A DNA stretch of 64,000 nt from Vicinamibacteria bacterium (GTDB lineage Bacteria; Acidobacteriota; Vicinamibacteria; Vicinamibacterales; UBA8438), in the NCBI GenBank assembly GCA_963578725.1, contig CAUZDS010000001.1:70841-134840 (forward strand), written 5' to 3'. Under the pieces are notes generated by a model, which saw only the letters and a program-made list of their open reading frames with translations, was not told the origin of the DNA and made no database searches. Position 1 is the first letter of the stretch. Each line of letters starts with the position of its first letter. Positions 28,936 to 38,306 of this stretch are shown here, one piece after another. A program made the translations under genes and the position numbers.

Positions 28936-30315
28936 TCAGGGCGCCTGACTCAGCTTGCGCGTGATCCGGTCCTCGATCCAGTGCGGGTCCCACCACTCGA
29001 CTGGCGAGATCGACCAGCCGTGCAGCAGGATGGCGAAGTGTAGATGATCGCCGCCGGCGAGCCCGGTCATCCCGCTGAGTCCCAGCTCGTCGTCGATCGC
29101 CACGACGTCGCCGGCGCGCACGCTGATAGAGGAAAGATGCGCGTAGAGGGACTGCAGCCCCAGCCCATGATCGACGATCACGCAGTTGCCGTAGATACCG
29201 AGGTAGTTGGCCCAGACAACCCGTCCGGTGTTGGAGGCGAGGATCGGCACATTGGCGGTGACCGCCAAGTCGAACCCCAGATGGACTTGCTGGTCGACTT
29301 CACGCCCGTCGTAGATGTAGGTACGGTGGTCTGCGAAGCCGGACTCGACCTGCGAGTTGCCCAGCTGCCGAAACGGCCCGGTCCACAGTCGCTCGGCCGA
29401 CGTGTCCACTGCCAGTGCCTTGATCCGTTCGTCGTTGAGGCGGCGAAGCCCGCCGTTGACCGCCAGATACTGCTCCAGCACACCGGCGTCTGGCGGCAGC
29501 GGCAGCGTGCGGAACTCCTCGCTGCGATCAACGATGTCTGGCACCACACGTTCGAGAAACGGATCGCTGATCGCAATGCGCGACCGTCGGAAGCGTCGGG
29601 GAAAAATGCGATGGTCAAACTCGATCTCTGCCTCGTTGCCGGCCTCGTCCCGGGCGAACAGCCGCATCGGCGTGTCGAGCTCCTGGTCGTAGAGGAGCCC
29701 GAACAGCGCGACCCGCATCGAGTCGTCGGCATTCTGGACACCGGCGGCAGACGCAGGGTAGCCGGGGAACACCCGGTCTCCGACACGCACCCCCGACACC
29801 GAGTCCGGAGGCACGACGCGGTATGCGATCAGTTCGGCGCCGCCGTGGTTGACGTAGTGCAACGAGGACAGAACCTCCAGCCTCGGCGGGTCGAACCGTG
29901 CCTCGACGTCGAGGCGGGTCGATGACTCCCGTTGCCGCAATCCGAACAGGATCGACCGGGTGGCGTGCACGACGATCGTGGCCGACCCCTGAACGAGCTC
30001 CGGGTGGGTCTCGCGCGTCAGGTTCTGTGAGACCCGAACACGCGTTTCGGATTCCTGCGTGATCGTGGCGTCATCCGGGTCGGACAGCGAAAACAACGGC
30101 AGTGTGGTGCCGCCCTGCTCGATCACGGCCGTCACGGCGGTCAGCACACCGTCGGTCGCGTCGATCGAGGCCTCGAACCGGGCGCTGCGACCGATTAGAC
30201 GGTCGGGCTGGTGAATCTCGATCACCGGTCCGGGGGCGCGGCCCGCGGCCACGTAGACACCGGCGCCGAGGGCGAGTGCCACGACCAGCAGAAGTGCGAC
30301 GACCAGGCGAATCAT
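28936..30315 (-). CDS. M23 (LytM) family metallopeptidase, membrane anchored
   Basis: N-terminal TM helix. C-terminal motifs HLGFDLA ... VIVDHGLGLQSLYAHL ... GGDHLHF. Confidence 0.85.
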   Translation of the reverse strand: MIRLVVALLLVVALALGAGVYVAAGRAPGPVIEIHQPDRLIGRSARFEASIDATDGVLTAVTAVIEQGGTTLPLFSLSDPDDATITQESETRVRVSQNLTRETHPELVQGSATIVVHATRSILFGLRQRESSTRLDVEARFDPPRLEVLSSLHYVNHGGAELIAYRVVPPDSVSGVRVGDRVFPGYPASAAGVQNADDSMRVALFGLLYDQELDTPMRLFARDEAGNEAEIEFDHRIFPRRFRRSRIAISDPFLERVVPDIVDRSEEFRTLPLPPDAGVLEQYLAVNGGLRRLNDERIKALAVDTSAERLWTGPFRQLGNSQVESGFADHRTYIYDGREVDQQVHLGFDLAVTANVPILASNTGRVVWANYLGIYGNCVIVDHGLGLQSLYAHLSSISVRAGDVVAIDDELGLSGMTGLAGGDHLHFAILLHGWSISPVEWWDPHWIEDRITRKLSQAP

Positions 30316-30340
30316 GATCGTATTGTACAGGAGCGCGCGT

Positions 30341-30370
30341 TTGACCCCTCTCGGCGCTCGTTGGTAAGAT
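30341..30370 (+). promoter_or_regulatory. Candidate sigma70-type promoter for tRNA-Glu
   Basis: TTGACC (30341..30346), an 18-nt spacer, then TAAGAT (30365..30370). It lies about 50 nt upstream of the tRNA. Confidence 0.4.
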
Positions 30371-30422
30371 CCGGTGGCTCGATGCGGCGGTTCAGGGTTA
30401 CGGCGCTCGCCGCGGCCTCTGT

Positions 30423-30497
30423 GGCGGTATCGTCTAGGGGTTAGGATACGTGGTTCTCAGCCACGGGACCGGGGTTCGATTCCCCGTACCGCTACCA
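30423..30497 (+). tRNA. tRNA-Glu (anticodon CUC), CCA encoded
   Basis: Manual cloverleaf: acceptor GGCGGTA/TACCGCT, anticodon stem CGTGG/CCACG with loop TTCTCAG, T arm CGGGG-TTCGATT-CCCCG, discriminator A, then CCA. Confidence 0.85.
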
Positions 30498-30694
30498 ACA
30501 ACATCAGCCGGCGCCCAGAAAGTCCAGTGAAGTGAACCACTGGTGATGAGGCTGCCGTGTCGCTTGAGGATGCGCGCCATGAATTCCAAAGCCCGCGGAT
30601 CGGTCGCCGCAGTCCGTCGGCCCGCGTTGGCGACGCTCCACGCCGCTCTCGGTTCATGTTCTGAAGGCCCGGCTCGGCGCTGCCGGGACATTCG

Positions 30695-32404
30695 TTACCG
30701 CCGGGTGGCCACGATGAACCTGCGGTTCCTGTCGAGAAAGGTTCCGTAGTCGTGAATCTCGCTGCGTTCGACGGCGAAGAACTGCTCGATGATGGCGACG
30801 GTCTTCCCGAAGTCGTCACCCTCCAGTTCAGGTGGATGTGACTCGAAGAGCAGTCTTCCCCCTGGAGCGGTCAGCTCGTGACACCGGCGAAAATAGTCGA
30901 CGAGCGACTGTTGCGTGTTGCCATCGACGGTGTGGTGATTGGCGAAGGAGATGACGTCGTCGAACGCCTCGTCGATCTCGAGGTCCTCGAACGCGACGGC
31001 AGAGAACTCGACGTTGTCGGCCTTCAAGAACTGCGCTCCGCGCCTGGCGATTCGTACCAGGTATGGGTTCAGCTCGAACGCGACGATCCGGTCGGTTTCG
31101 GGCGCCAGCGCGAGCGTGAGAAAGCCCGCATTGCACCCGATCTCGAGCACCTTTCGGCCTCGAACTAGGTTCCGCAGTCGAAAGGCTTCGACGCGTCCGG
31201 TCGTGTCGCGTAAGCCGGTGACGCCGAGTTGCTCCGACGACTGGTAGAAGTAGCCCTCGCCGTAGTCGTAACTGTCCCATTCCACCGCTTGCAGGGCGAG
31301 TGCTCGGTGCATGTCGCGGTGCAGGGCGAGCCTCTCTGGATGATCTTGAAGATCCCGGTAGTCCTTCTGCCGGTTCTGGAGGCTCACCTTGCGTAGGCGA
31401 GAGGGAGTTCTGAGTGCGTCGAGCGTGAACCGGAGCGGCGCCAGCGGCCGCACCCTCTCGTAGTACCGGAAGTACCTGCGCTGCCGATCGGCAGCGCTGC
31501 GCTCTGGCACTGTCGCCGCTGGAGGTCGGCGTTCGATCGCGAAGAGCATCCTGAGGGCTCGCGACCGAAGCAACGGATGCATAAAGTGATAGGTGAGGCC
31601 CACCTGCAGGTTTTGTGGTGACGTGGGAAGGTCGAGCGGGTCATCCCGCGCGAGGACTTCGTTCACGAGGAACTCTGCACGCAGCAACGGGTCGATGAAC
31701 GAGTACACGGCGCGGTACAGGGTCTGGTCGTCGATTGCTTCAGCCGACGGGACCGGTATGCGGAGTGCATCGAGCTCCCGTGCTGCGAGCACGTCGCCCG
31801 CATCGAGGCCCGGCGCCATCCAGAAGGCTGAGGCGCCGGGTCGACCGTTGGTCATGATCGACCAGAGCAGCACGTCCGCACCGCGTACGTCGGGAAGTAG
31901 ACCGGAGTGCACATGGATCATGCGAAGGCGATCGAGCCCGAGCACCGACCGTGGCACGATTCCCCCACCGGTATAGACGACCGTTGCGGGCACGAGTCGA
32001 CGAAGCGCTTCACGCAGAGTCGCGTCCTTGAGCGAGTTCGCCACAACGCGATCGACGTCGTCGGCGTACGCGTCGTACGAGAACCGGTCGTAAATCTCGG
32101 CGTAGATGGCCACCGGGTCGTCGACGAACGCGCCCATGGCCAGGCTGATCGACTGGACCAGATCTGGATGCTATTTGCGGATGGTCCGTGGATGGAAGTT
32201 GTGGGACCGATCCTGCATGCGTGCCAACCAATGAACGCGCCAGGTGCTCCGAGTCGGAGGGCGACGCCGCCGCTCTGCCCAGGGGTCGCGCACTATCAGG
32301 ACGATTCGTTGCGGGCGGAGGCCAGCGCGGCTCATACGCACGAGGTACGCGCGAGCCTGGGGGCCCTCCCAGGCAAGGACCGTGACCGGAATTGTTGCGC
32401 TCAC
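30695..32404 (-). pseudogene. Formyltransferase-like / class I SAM-methyltransferase fusion, split by one in-frame TAG (77-aa and 480-aa ORFs in the same frame)
   Basis: ORF 32171..32404 (IPVTVLAWEGPQARAYLVRMSRAGLRPQRIVLIV, a Rossmann-like start) and ORF 30695..32137 share one frame and are separated only by the TAG at 32171..32173 plus 11 codons. The 480-aa part has the formyltransferase core IHVHSGLLPDVRGADVLLWSI...APGLDAGDVL and the methyltransferase motif I VLEIGCNAGF. Confidence 0.65.
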
Positions 32405-32745
32405 GCGTCACCAGGTCGAGGCGTCCGGAGCCGGTCGAGGGTCTCGATGCCCCAGGCACGAAGCTCGGGCTCGCGGGGGAGGCGTTCTCGCAGGTCGAGC
32501 GCCTTCAGAGCCGAGTTCGCGCACTTGAGTCCCCATCCGTCGTTGATGGCGTCGACGCGCGCGTCGCCGACACGCGCGGCATTAGCCAGCAACACCGCGA
32601 CCAGTCCGCTCAAGACGCTCGGCTCGACCGGTCGCTCGGTATCGAGGCTGCTCCAGTCGAGGCGGTAGGAGGTTGAGACGGTCTTCCGGACGTCGATCTG
32701 CCGACACAAGGCGTCGAGCGTTCGACGTTCATCGCCTGTGAACAC
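32401..32745 (-). CDS. Hypothetical protein, translationally coupled to the formyltransferase-like gene
   Basis: 114-aa ORF with a GTG start. Its TGA overlaps the GTG of the next ORF (GTGA). The frame stays open and protein-like for 58 more codons upstream (to the stop at 32920..32922) without an ATG, GTG or TTG. Confidence 0.4.
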   Translation of the reverse strand: MFTGDERRTLDALCRQIDVRKTVSTSYRLDWSSLDTERPVEPSVLSGLVAVLLANAARVGDARVDAINDGWGLKCANSALKALDLRERLPREPELRAWGIETLDRLRTPRPGDA

Positions 32746-32930
32746 CGCCGGCCCACGATCCAGCCAATCGCGGACCAGGCCGCTGACGGAGATCGTCGCC
32801 GCCTCTGGCGGCTCAGCCGGCAGAAGTTCCGAGATCGTGGCGAACAGCTCGCTTCGGTTCAGGGTTACGCACCGTCCTTCCAGCGCCGGACTCAGGGCAT
32901 GGGATCGAGCGACTCGCGGTCAGGGTCGTT

Positions 32931-33134
32931 TCACGTTTCTCGGAACGTCGATGAGCGGCGGCCGCGCGCCCGGATTTCGCCGGCGGTCGTTTCGAGATGC
33001 TCCGCCAAGCGGCTCATGATCGCCACGTCGCATCCGTGCGCCGCCAGCGCCAGCGCGATCCCTCTGCAGATGCCGATGCCGCCGCCCGTGATCAACGCGT
33101 TGCGGCCAACCAGCAGGTCTGGTTGAAAAGACAT
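32931..33134 (-). pseudogene. Truncated short-chain dehydrogenase/reductase (N-terminal ~60 aa only)
   Basis: Contains LITGGGIGICRGIALALAAHGCDVAIMSR...AGEIRARG, the SDR Rossmann start. The frame ends after 67 aa, whereas SDRs are about 250 aa. Confidence 0.75.
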
Positions 33135-33168
33135 GAACGCCCCTCCCTTCCCGGGTCGCCGCTATACA

Positions 33169-34104
33169 ATGCTGCCGGTCTTGCGCATTCTTTCCGTTCT
33201 GACATCGGCGTTTCCGCTGTGGGTGCTGGTCGCCAGCATCCTCGCGCTCATCCGACCGGCCCTGTTCACCTGGTTTAGCGGACCGCTGATCACGATCGGG
33301 CTCGGCGTCATCATGCTCAGTATGGGTATGACGCTCGGCTTCGAGGACTTCCGCCGGATCGGGCGCGAGCGAAACCGGGTGCTGCCCGGCGTGCTGATCC
33401 AGTACACAGTGATGCCGGCGTTCGGCTGGAGTCTAGGGTACCTCTTCGACCTTCCCACCCCGTTCGCCGTCGGGCTTGTGCTCGTCTCCTGTTGCCCCGG
33501 TGGCACCGCCTCGAACGTCATATCCTACCTGGCCAAGGCCGACGTCGCACTGTCGGTCACGATGACCGCGCTGTCCACGCTCCTGGCGGCGCTGATGACC
33601 CCTGCGTTGACCGAGTTACTCGCGGGAAGCCGGATCGACGTGCCGGCCGGCGGCCTGCTGCTGAGTACGGTTCAGGTGGTGATTCTTCCGGTGGTCGGCG
33701 GCGCCCTGCTCAAATGGCGGTTCCCACGCGCAATCGAGGTGGTCTTGCCGGTCGCGCCGCTCGTTGCGGTCATCGCCATCACCCTAATCGTCGCCTCGAT
33801 CATCGGTGCGGGACGGAACGATATTCTCGGCGCCGGCCCACGGCTGGTGCTTGCCGTGTTCAGCCTGCACTTCTTCGGGTTCCTGGTCGGCTACGCGGCC
33901 GGCAAGGGCCTGCTGGGCCGTGAGATCGCGGCGCGGACGGTGGCAATCGAGGTGGGGATGCAGAACTCGGGGCTCGGCGTGGTGCTGGCGCGGCAGAATT
34001 TCGCGAGCCCGCTCGTCGCCATACCGAGCGCCATCTCCAGCGTGTTCCACTCTTTAATCGGGAGCCTCGTGGCGGCCTGGTGGCGCCGGTCGGCGCCCGA
34101 ATGA
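33169..34104 (+). CDS. Bile acid:sodium symporter (BASS) family transporter
   Basis: Multi-helix protein with LSMGMTLGFEDF and CCPGGTASNV motifs. ATG at 33169 is preferred over 33133. Confidence 0.8.
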   Translation: MLPVLRILSVLTSAFPLWVLVASILALIRPALFTWFSGPLITIGLGVIMLSMGMTLGFEDFRRIGRERNRVLPGVLIQYTVMPAFGWSLGYLFDLPTPFAVGLVLVSCCPGGTASNVISYLAKADVALSVTMTALSTLLAALMTPALTELLAGSRIDVPAGGLLLSTVQVVILPVVGGALLKWRFPRAIEVVLPVAPLVAVIAITLIVASIIGAGRNDILGAGPRLVLAVFSLHFFGFLVGYAAGKGLLGREIAARTVAIEVGMQNSGLGVVLARQNFASPLVAIPSAISSVFHSLIGSLVAAWWRRSAPE

Positions 34105-34152
34105 CCGATGTTCCACCTGCCCGCCGCCGTCTCGGGACAATCAAAAACCTGG

Positions 34153-34755
34153 CTACCGGGGAGCGACGGCTCGCGCGACCAGCGCGCACAGGCTGGGCGG
34201 CAGGTCGAGTGCGAGCGCGACGTGCCGCCCAGCGTCGGACATCTTGCGCCAGGTTTTGCGAAGCACGTCGAGCAACTTCGCCTCGTCGTGCTTCGTGGCG
34301 AAATCGGCCAGGTAGTGTCGCAGGAACACCAGACAGACGACATCCTCGAGCAGCTGCACGTCGGGGTCTGCTTTCAGCCGCTCCTTCCGGAGCAGCGACC
34401 CGACCCTCGCCACGGCGTTGTCGTCGTAGCCGACCTCTCGCAGGATCGCGCCGGCTGTCAACGCGTGGAAACCCGCCAGGTCGGTACGCCAGCGGCGGTA
34501 GCCATCGCGACCATCGGGATAATCCGTGCGGGGAATCATCCAGCGGCGGATGTGCTGGCACCGGGCCGCCAGCCGTACCGGCTCCGGAGCGTTGGGATGG
34601 AAGCGGTCGAGACAGGCGGTCATCCGACGGGCGTAGCACAACGCCTTCGGCTGCTCCACGCCGTCTACGATCTCGCTGTTCGGGTCCTCGGCGTTCGCCG
34701 CGTCGAAACGCTCGATCGCCAAGTCGAATCGGTCGGATGGCCGCACCGTGAACAC
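34153..34755 (-). CDS. DUF4202 domain protein
   Basis: 200-aa ORF containing CQHIRRWMIPRTDYPDGRDGYRRWR...LEDVVCLVFL, as in the DUF4202 family. Confidence 0.7.
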   Translation of the reverse strand: MFTVRPSDRFDLAIERFDAANAEDPNSEIVDGVEQPKALCYARRMTACLDRFHPNAPEPVRLAARCQHIRRWMIPRTDYPDGRDGYRRWRTDLAGFHALTAGAILREVGYDDNAVARVGSLLRKERLKADPDVQLLEDVVCLVFLRHYLADFATKHDEAKLLDVLRKTWRKMSDAGRHVALALDLPPSLCALVARAVAPR

Positions 34756-34995
34756 CTCTGTGCTCAGTGGTCTTGACGCGGGCTAACCCTAGACCCTGGA
34801 CGCCGTTCTCCCGGTCAGGGGCAGCCAACCCCTTAGGTGCCACCCGTGGTGAAACCCCACGTTGCACCAAGACCACGGCGTGGCAATGCCGCGTACGGCC
34901 AGCGCCGCCGCGGCGAGGACGCCAATGGCATGTGCGACCGAGGCGTAGCGTCGTCCAGCCAGGATGCGGCGTCGTGGGGTCTTCACGAGGGGCTC

Positions 34996-36720
34996 CTAGA
35001 CCCGTCCGGCGACGTAGCCTTCCTTCTCGAGGTGCAGGACGATCTGCTGCGCGGCCTCTTCCGCGGTCAGACGCGTCGTGTCGATGGCGATCTCCGCGTC
35101 TTCGGGCGCCTCATACGGATCCGAGATACCGGTGAACTCCTTGATGATCCCGGCGCGCGCCTTGGCGTAGAGCCCTTTACGGTCCCGCTGCTCGCACACC
35201 TCGAGCGGCGTGGCTACATGCACGATCATGAACCCGCCGAGCGGCCGGACCATGGCGCGCACCTGCTTGCGAACGCTGTCATACGGCGCGATGGGCGCGC
35301 AGATGGCGATCCCACCGTTCTTGGTGATCTCGGAGGCAACGTACCCGATTCGCCGGATGTTGATATCGCGGTGCTCGCGCGAAAATCCAAGCTCTGACGA
35401 CAGGTTCTTACGCACCAGGTCCCCGTCGAGCAACGTCACGGCGCGGCCGCCCATTTCGAGCAACTTGACCAGCAGCACGTTTGCGATCGTCGACTTGCCA
35501 GACCCGGACAGCCCGGTGAACAGCAGCGTGAACCCCTGCTGGTGCCTGGGCGGATGGCTGCGCTTCAGCTCCTCCGCAACAGTCGGGAACGTGAACCACG
35601 ACGGGATGTCCTTCCCCTTGGCCAGCCGGTCGCGCAGCTCGGTGCCCGACAGGCTCAACGTCCGCTTTCCCTTCGGCACCTCGTCGATCGGCGCGTACGA
35701 ATCGGTGTCCTCAACGAACACCATCAGCTTGAACGGCACCATCGCGACCCCAAGCTCCGCCTCGTGCTGGCTCAACAGTTCCTGGGCGTCGTAGGGACCA
35801 TAGAATGCCTTCCCGCTTGAGTCGCTGCCCGGACCTGCGTGGTCTCGACCCACGATCAGATGGGTGCAACCATGGTTCTTCCGGATGATCGCGTGCCATA
35901 CCGCCTCGCGGGGACCGCCCATACGCATCGCCAGCGGCAGCAGCGACAGCATCGCGGTGTTCCGTGGATATCGCGGCACCAACGCCTGGTAACAGCGGAC
36001 CCGGGTGTAGTGGTCCACGTCGCCCGGCTTGGTCATGCCGACGACCGGGTGAATCAGCAGACTCGCCTCGACCTCCTTGGCGGCGCGGAGCGTCAGCTCC
36101 TGGTGCGCCCGGTGCATCGGGTTGCGGGTCTGGAACGCGACCACCGTGGTCCAACCGAGCTTGGCGAACGATTCCCGCAGCTCGGCCGGCGTGTGCCGCA
36201 ATCCCTTGTAGTCGTAGTGCGAGACCGGCTGCAGCCCCTCGAGCCGCCCGCCGACGTAGACCGGCTGGGAGCGGTCGAGCAGATGCGCAACACCCGGGTG
36301 CTCGGGATGCGTGGTGCCGAACACCGCCTGCGCCTCCGCCTCGCGGTCAGGGCGCCAGACGTCCTCGACATGCAGTACCGCCAGCATGACGCCTTCGTCA
36401 TCACGCAGCGCCAGGTGTGATCCGGTCGACAGTTTCTCCGCCGTCGCCTCGGGAACGTCTAGGGTGATCGGAATCGGCCACAGAGTGCCGCCCGCCAAGC
36501 GCAAATCGGCGCACACGGACACATGGTCCTTCGACGTCATGTATCCGGTGAGAGGCGAGAAGCCCCCGTTGAGTAGCAGCTCGAGGTCGCACAGTTGACG
36601 CTCGGTGACGTCATGCGACGGCCAGTCGCGCGAGGCCTCCTTAAGCTCAGCGGCACGGGCCGCGCCGGCGATCAGGTCGACGAGTGTCCCGCCGTGTGGG
36701 GCGATGAGATAGTCTGACAA
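34996..36720 (-). CDS. sat-cysC: Bifunctional sulfate adenylyltransferase / adenylylsulfate kinase
   Basis: TTG start with AGGAG upstream. ATP-sulfurylase motifs are QTRNPMHRAHQELT and HxxVGRDHAG. The C-terminal APS kinase P-loop is FTGLSGSGKSTIA. Confidence 0.9.
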   Translation of the reverse strand: MSDYLIAPHGGTLVDLIAGAARAAELKEASRDWPSHDVTERQLCDLELLLNGGFSPLTGYMTSKDHVSVCADLRLAGGTLWPIPITLDVPEATAEKLSTGSHLALRDDEGVMLAVLHVEDVWRPDREAEAQAVFGTTHPEHPGVAHLLDRSQPVYVGGRLEGLQPVSHYDYKGLRHTPAELRESFAKLGWTTVVAFQTRNPMHRAHQELTLRAAKEVEASLLIHPVVGMTKPGDVDHYTRVRCYQALVPRYPRNTAMLSLLPLAMRMGGPREAVWHAIIRKNHGCTHLIVGRDHAGPGSDSSGKAFYGPYDAQELLSQHEAELGVAMVPFKLMVFVEDTDSYAPIDEVPKGKRTLSLSGTELRDRLAKGKDIPSWFTFPTVAEELKRSHPPRHQQGFTLLFTGLSGSGKSTIANVLLVKLLEMGGRAVTLLDGDLVRKNLSSELGFSREHRDINIRRIGYVASEITKNGGIAICAPIAPYDSVRKQVRAMVRPLGGFMIVHVATPLEVCEQRDRKGLYAKARAGIIKEFTGISDPYEAPEDAEIAIDTTRLTAEEAAQQIVLHLEKEGYVAGRV

Positions 36721-36994
36721 CGTGATGACTCCTGGCAGACCGAAGCAGACGGTCCCGGTCGGCAGTTACGAGTGTAGGGACAAGCGAACCGGTGAGACTG
36801 GGACCCGGACGACGAGCATACCCGAGCATGCTGCCAAGCACGATAATCTATCACGATTTCTCACTTTCGCCGAGACGGACAGGTTTGCCACCTCGGGTGA
36901 GACGGGCGACTGGATCGGCGCATCGAGGCCAGCCGGCGCTAGGCTCACGACGCCGCCCCGGCTTCTTTCTGTCTCCTGACCCCGTTTCCTCGCG

Positions 36995-37771
36995 TCACTC
37001 AGGCAGCCGATACGTACCGGGCTCGAGCCCGACAACGAAGCTCCCGTTCTTCAAGGACGGCTTGTTGTAGCGCAGCGTGCCCGGGTGGGGCTCGGGATGG
37101 CCTGAGTTGCGATAGACGCAGTCGCCGGCGGCCACATCCCACTCCATCGTCGGGCTCAACCGCGCATAGATGTCGGCACGACCGTCGGCCACCAGACAGA
37201 ATTTCAGTGAGCTGCCGCTCTTGACCCGTTCGGTGATCGTGAATGGCGCGAGAAACGCTTCGAGGGCCGGGCTCGGGTGCGACCGGCTCTCCACGATCCG
37301 GATCGGCCCGGACGGGTCGGACAGGTTCGAGCGGAGCCGCTGCGGCGCGCCGTCACCCTCTCTCTTCCAAGCGCCTTCCCCGTTCCGCGCGTAGTACAGC
37401 AATCCGGACGCCGGTGCGACTACCACGCCGAGCACGGGCTCGCCAGCTTCGATTAAGGCGATGTTTACGGTGAACTCGCCGGTCCGCTTGAGGAACTCCT
37501 TGGTCCCGTCGAGTGGGTCGACGAGCCAGTAGCGCGGCCAGTGGCGCCGCATATCGTACGCCGGCAGCTCGTGTTCCTCGGACATGTACGGGATCGCGTC
37601 GTCCAGTCTGAGGAGTCCCTGTCGGATTATCTCCTCCGCCGCCAGGTCAGCACTGGTCAACGGCGAACCGTCCGGCTTCGCCGTCACCCAGGTGTCCCGG
37701 GCGCGGTAGTGGCGGAGCACCACCTCGCCAGCGTGCAGTGCCACCTCATTAACGGCCTCGATCGGCACCAT
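36995..37771 (-). CDS. cysQ: 3'(2'),5'-bisphosphate nucleotidase (PAP phosphatase)
   Basis: Inositol-monophosphatase-fold motifs YMSEE and WLVDPLDGTKEF. It lies in a sulfur-metabolism context. Confidence 0.8.
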   Translation of the reverse strand: MVPIEAVNEVALHAGEVVLRHYRARDTWVTAKPDGSPLTSADLAAEEIIRQGLLRLDDAIPYMSEEHELPAYDMRRHWPRYWLVDPLDGTKEFLKRTGEFTVNIALIEAGEPVLGVVVAPASGLLYYARNGEGAWKREGDGAPQRLRSNLSDPSGPIRIVESRSHPSPALEAFLAPFTITERVKSGSSLKFCLVADGRADIYARLSPTMEWDVAAGDCVYRNSGHPEPHPGTLRYNKPSLKNGSFVVGLEPGTYRLPE

Positions 37772-37925
37772 CGCGAGGCGCAGTGTAATGGCTATTCCTG
37801 GCGAACCGCAAACCTTAGACAGCCCGCATGTCTTGACGCTCACCGGTCCATCGATTCAAATGGCTGCCGTGGAGGGAATGCTGCGCCGTATCTTGGGTCG
37901 CGGAACACCGACTGTCGAGTAACCG

Positions 37926-38300
37926 GTGGCCGTCGTCTCGGGGCTGCCCCATTCCGGCACCTCGATGCTCATGGGCATAATTGCGGCCGGCGGGCTCGAC
38001 ACCGTGGTCGACGGCATACGCGAGCCGGACGATGACAACCCGGGGGGCTACTACTAGCTGGAACGGGTGAAGGCGCTTGACGAAATCGGCCTCGGCGGGG
38101 TACAACCTTGGGGTTGTGTTCAGCCGTGCCCGAGCCACTTGCTGCTGTTGTCCGGAGACCCACTGGGTCCCCGAGCTGACGGTCGCGTCGCGCTGAAGCA
38201 CTACAACCCGGCTAGCAAGAGCCAACGCGAGGAACCAGAAGCCCGGAAGCCACAAGCTCCCGGGTTTTTTTTGCGCGCGGTCGGCGCCGTGGTACTCGAG
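37926..38300 (+). pseudogene. Decayed PAPS-type sulfotransferase remnant
   Basis: GTG at 37926 opens VAVVSGLPHSGTSMLMGIIAAGGLDTVVDGIREPDDDNPGGYY, the PAPS-binding P-loop start of small sulfotransferases. An in-frame TAG follows at 38055..38057, then LERVKALDE and increasingly divergent sequence. The C-terminal half is absent. Confidence 0.6.
38242..38272 (+). terminator. Intrinsic terminator-like hairpin plus T8
   Basis: CCCGGAAGC-CACAA-GCTCCCGGG (9 stem positions with 1 A.C mismatch) is followed directly by TTTTTTTT (38265..38272). It lies 35 nt upstream of the DUF2061 start. Confidence 0.55.
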
Positions 38301-38306
38301 GATACG

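Noticed and set aside
30316-33140. Integrated mobile element at tRNA-Glu.
   Set aside because: No integrase, excisionase, transposase or repeat of the tRNA 3' end could be found. It is reported only as a possible rearrangement scar.
33860-34876. 338-aa minus-strand ORF spanning the BASS 3' end and DUF4202.
   Set aside because: It has Arg-rich low-complexity composition and overlaps two genes with clear family motifs in other frames.
34789-34986. 65-aa ORF downstream of sat-cysC, a possible small membrane protein.
   Set aside because: It has only weak hydrophobic character, no motif and no obvious RBS. The evidence is insufficient to call it.
36721-36994. AT-richer patch with repeated CACGAT in the sat-cysC leader as a regulator site or promoter.
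   Set aside because: The repeats are short, and the -35/-10 spacing I could construct was poor. It was too weak to report as a feature.
37850-38300. SAM or other sulfur-responsive riboswitch upstream of the cys operon.
   Set aside because: No recognisable SAM-I or SAM-II core is present. Most of the region is better explained as a decayed sulfotransferase coding sequence. Only the terminator-like hairpin is reported.
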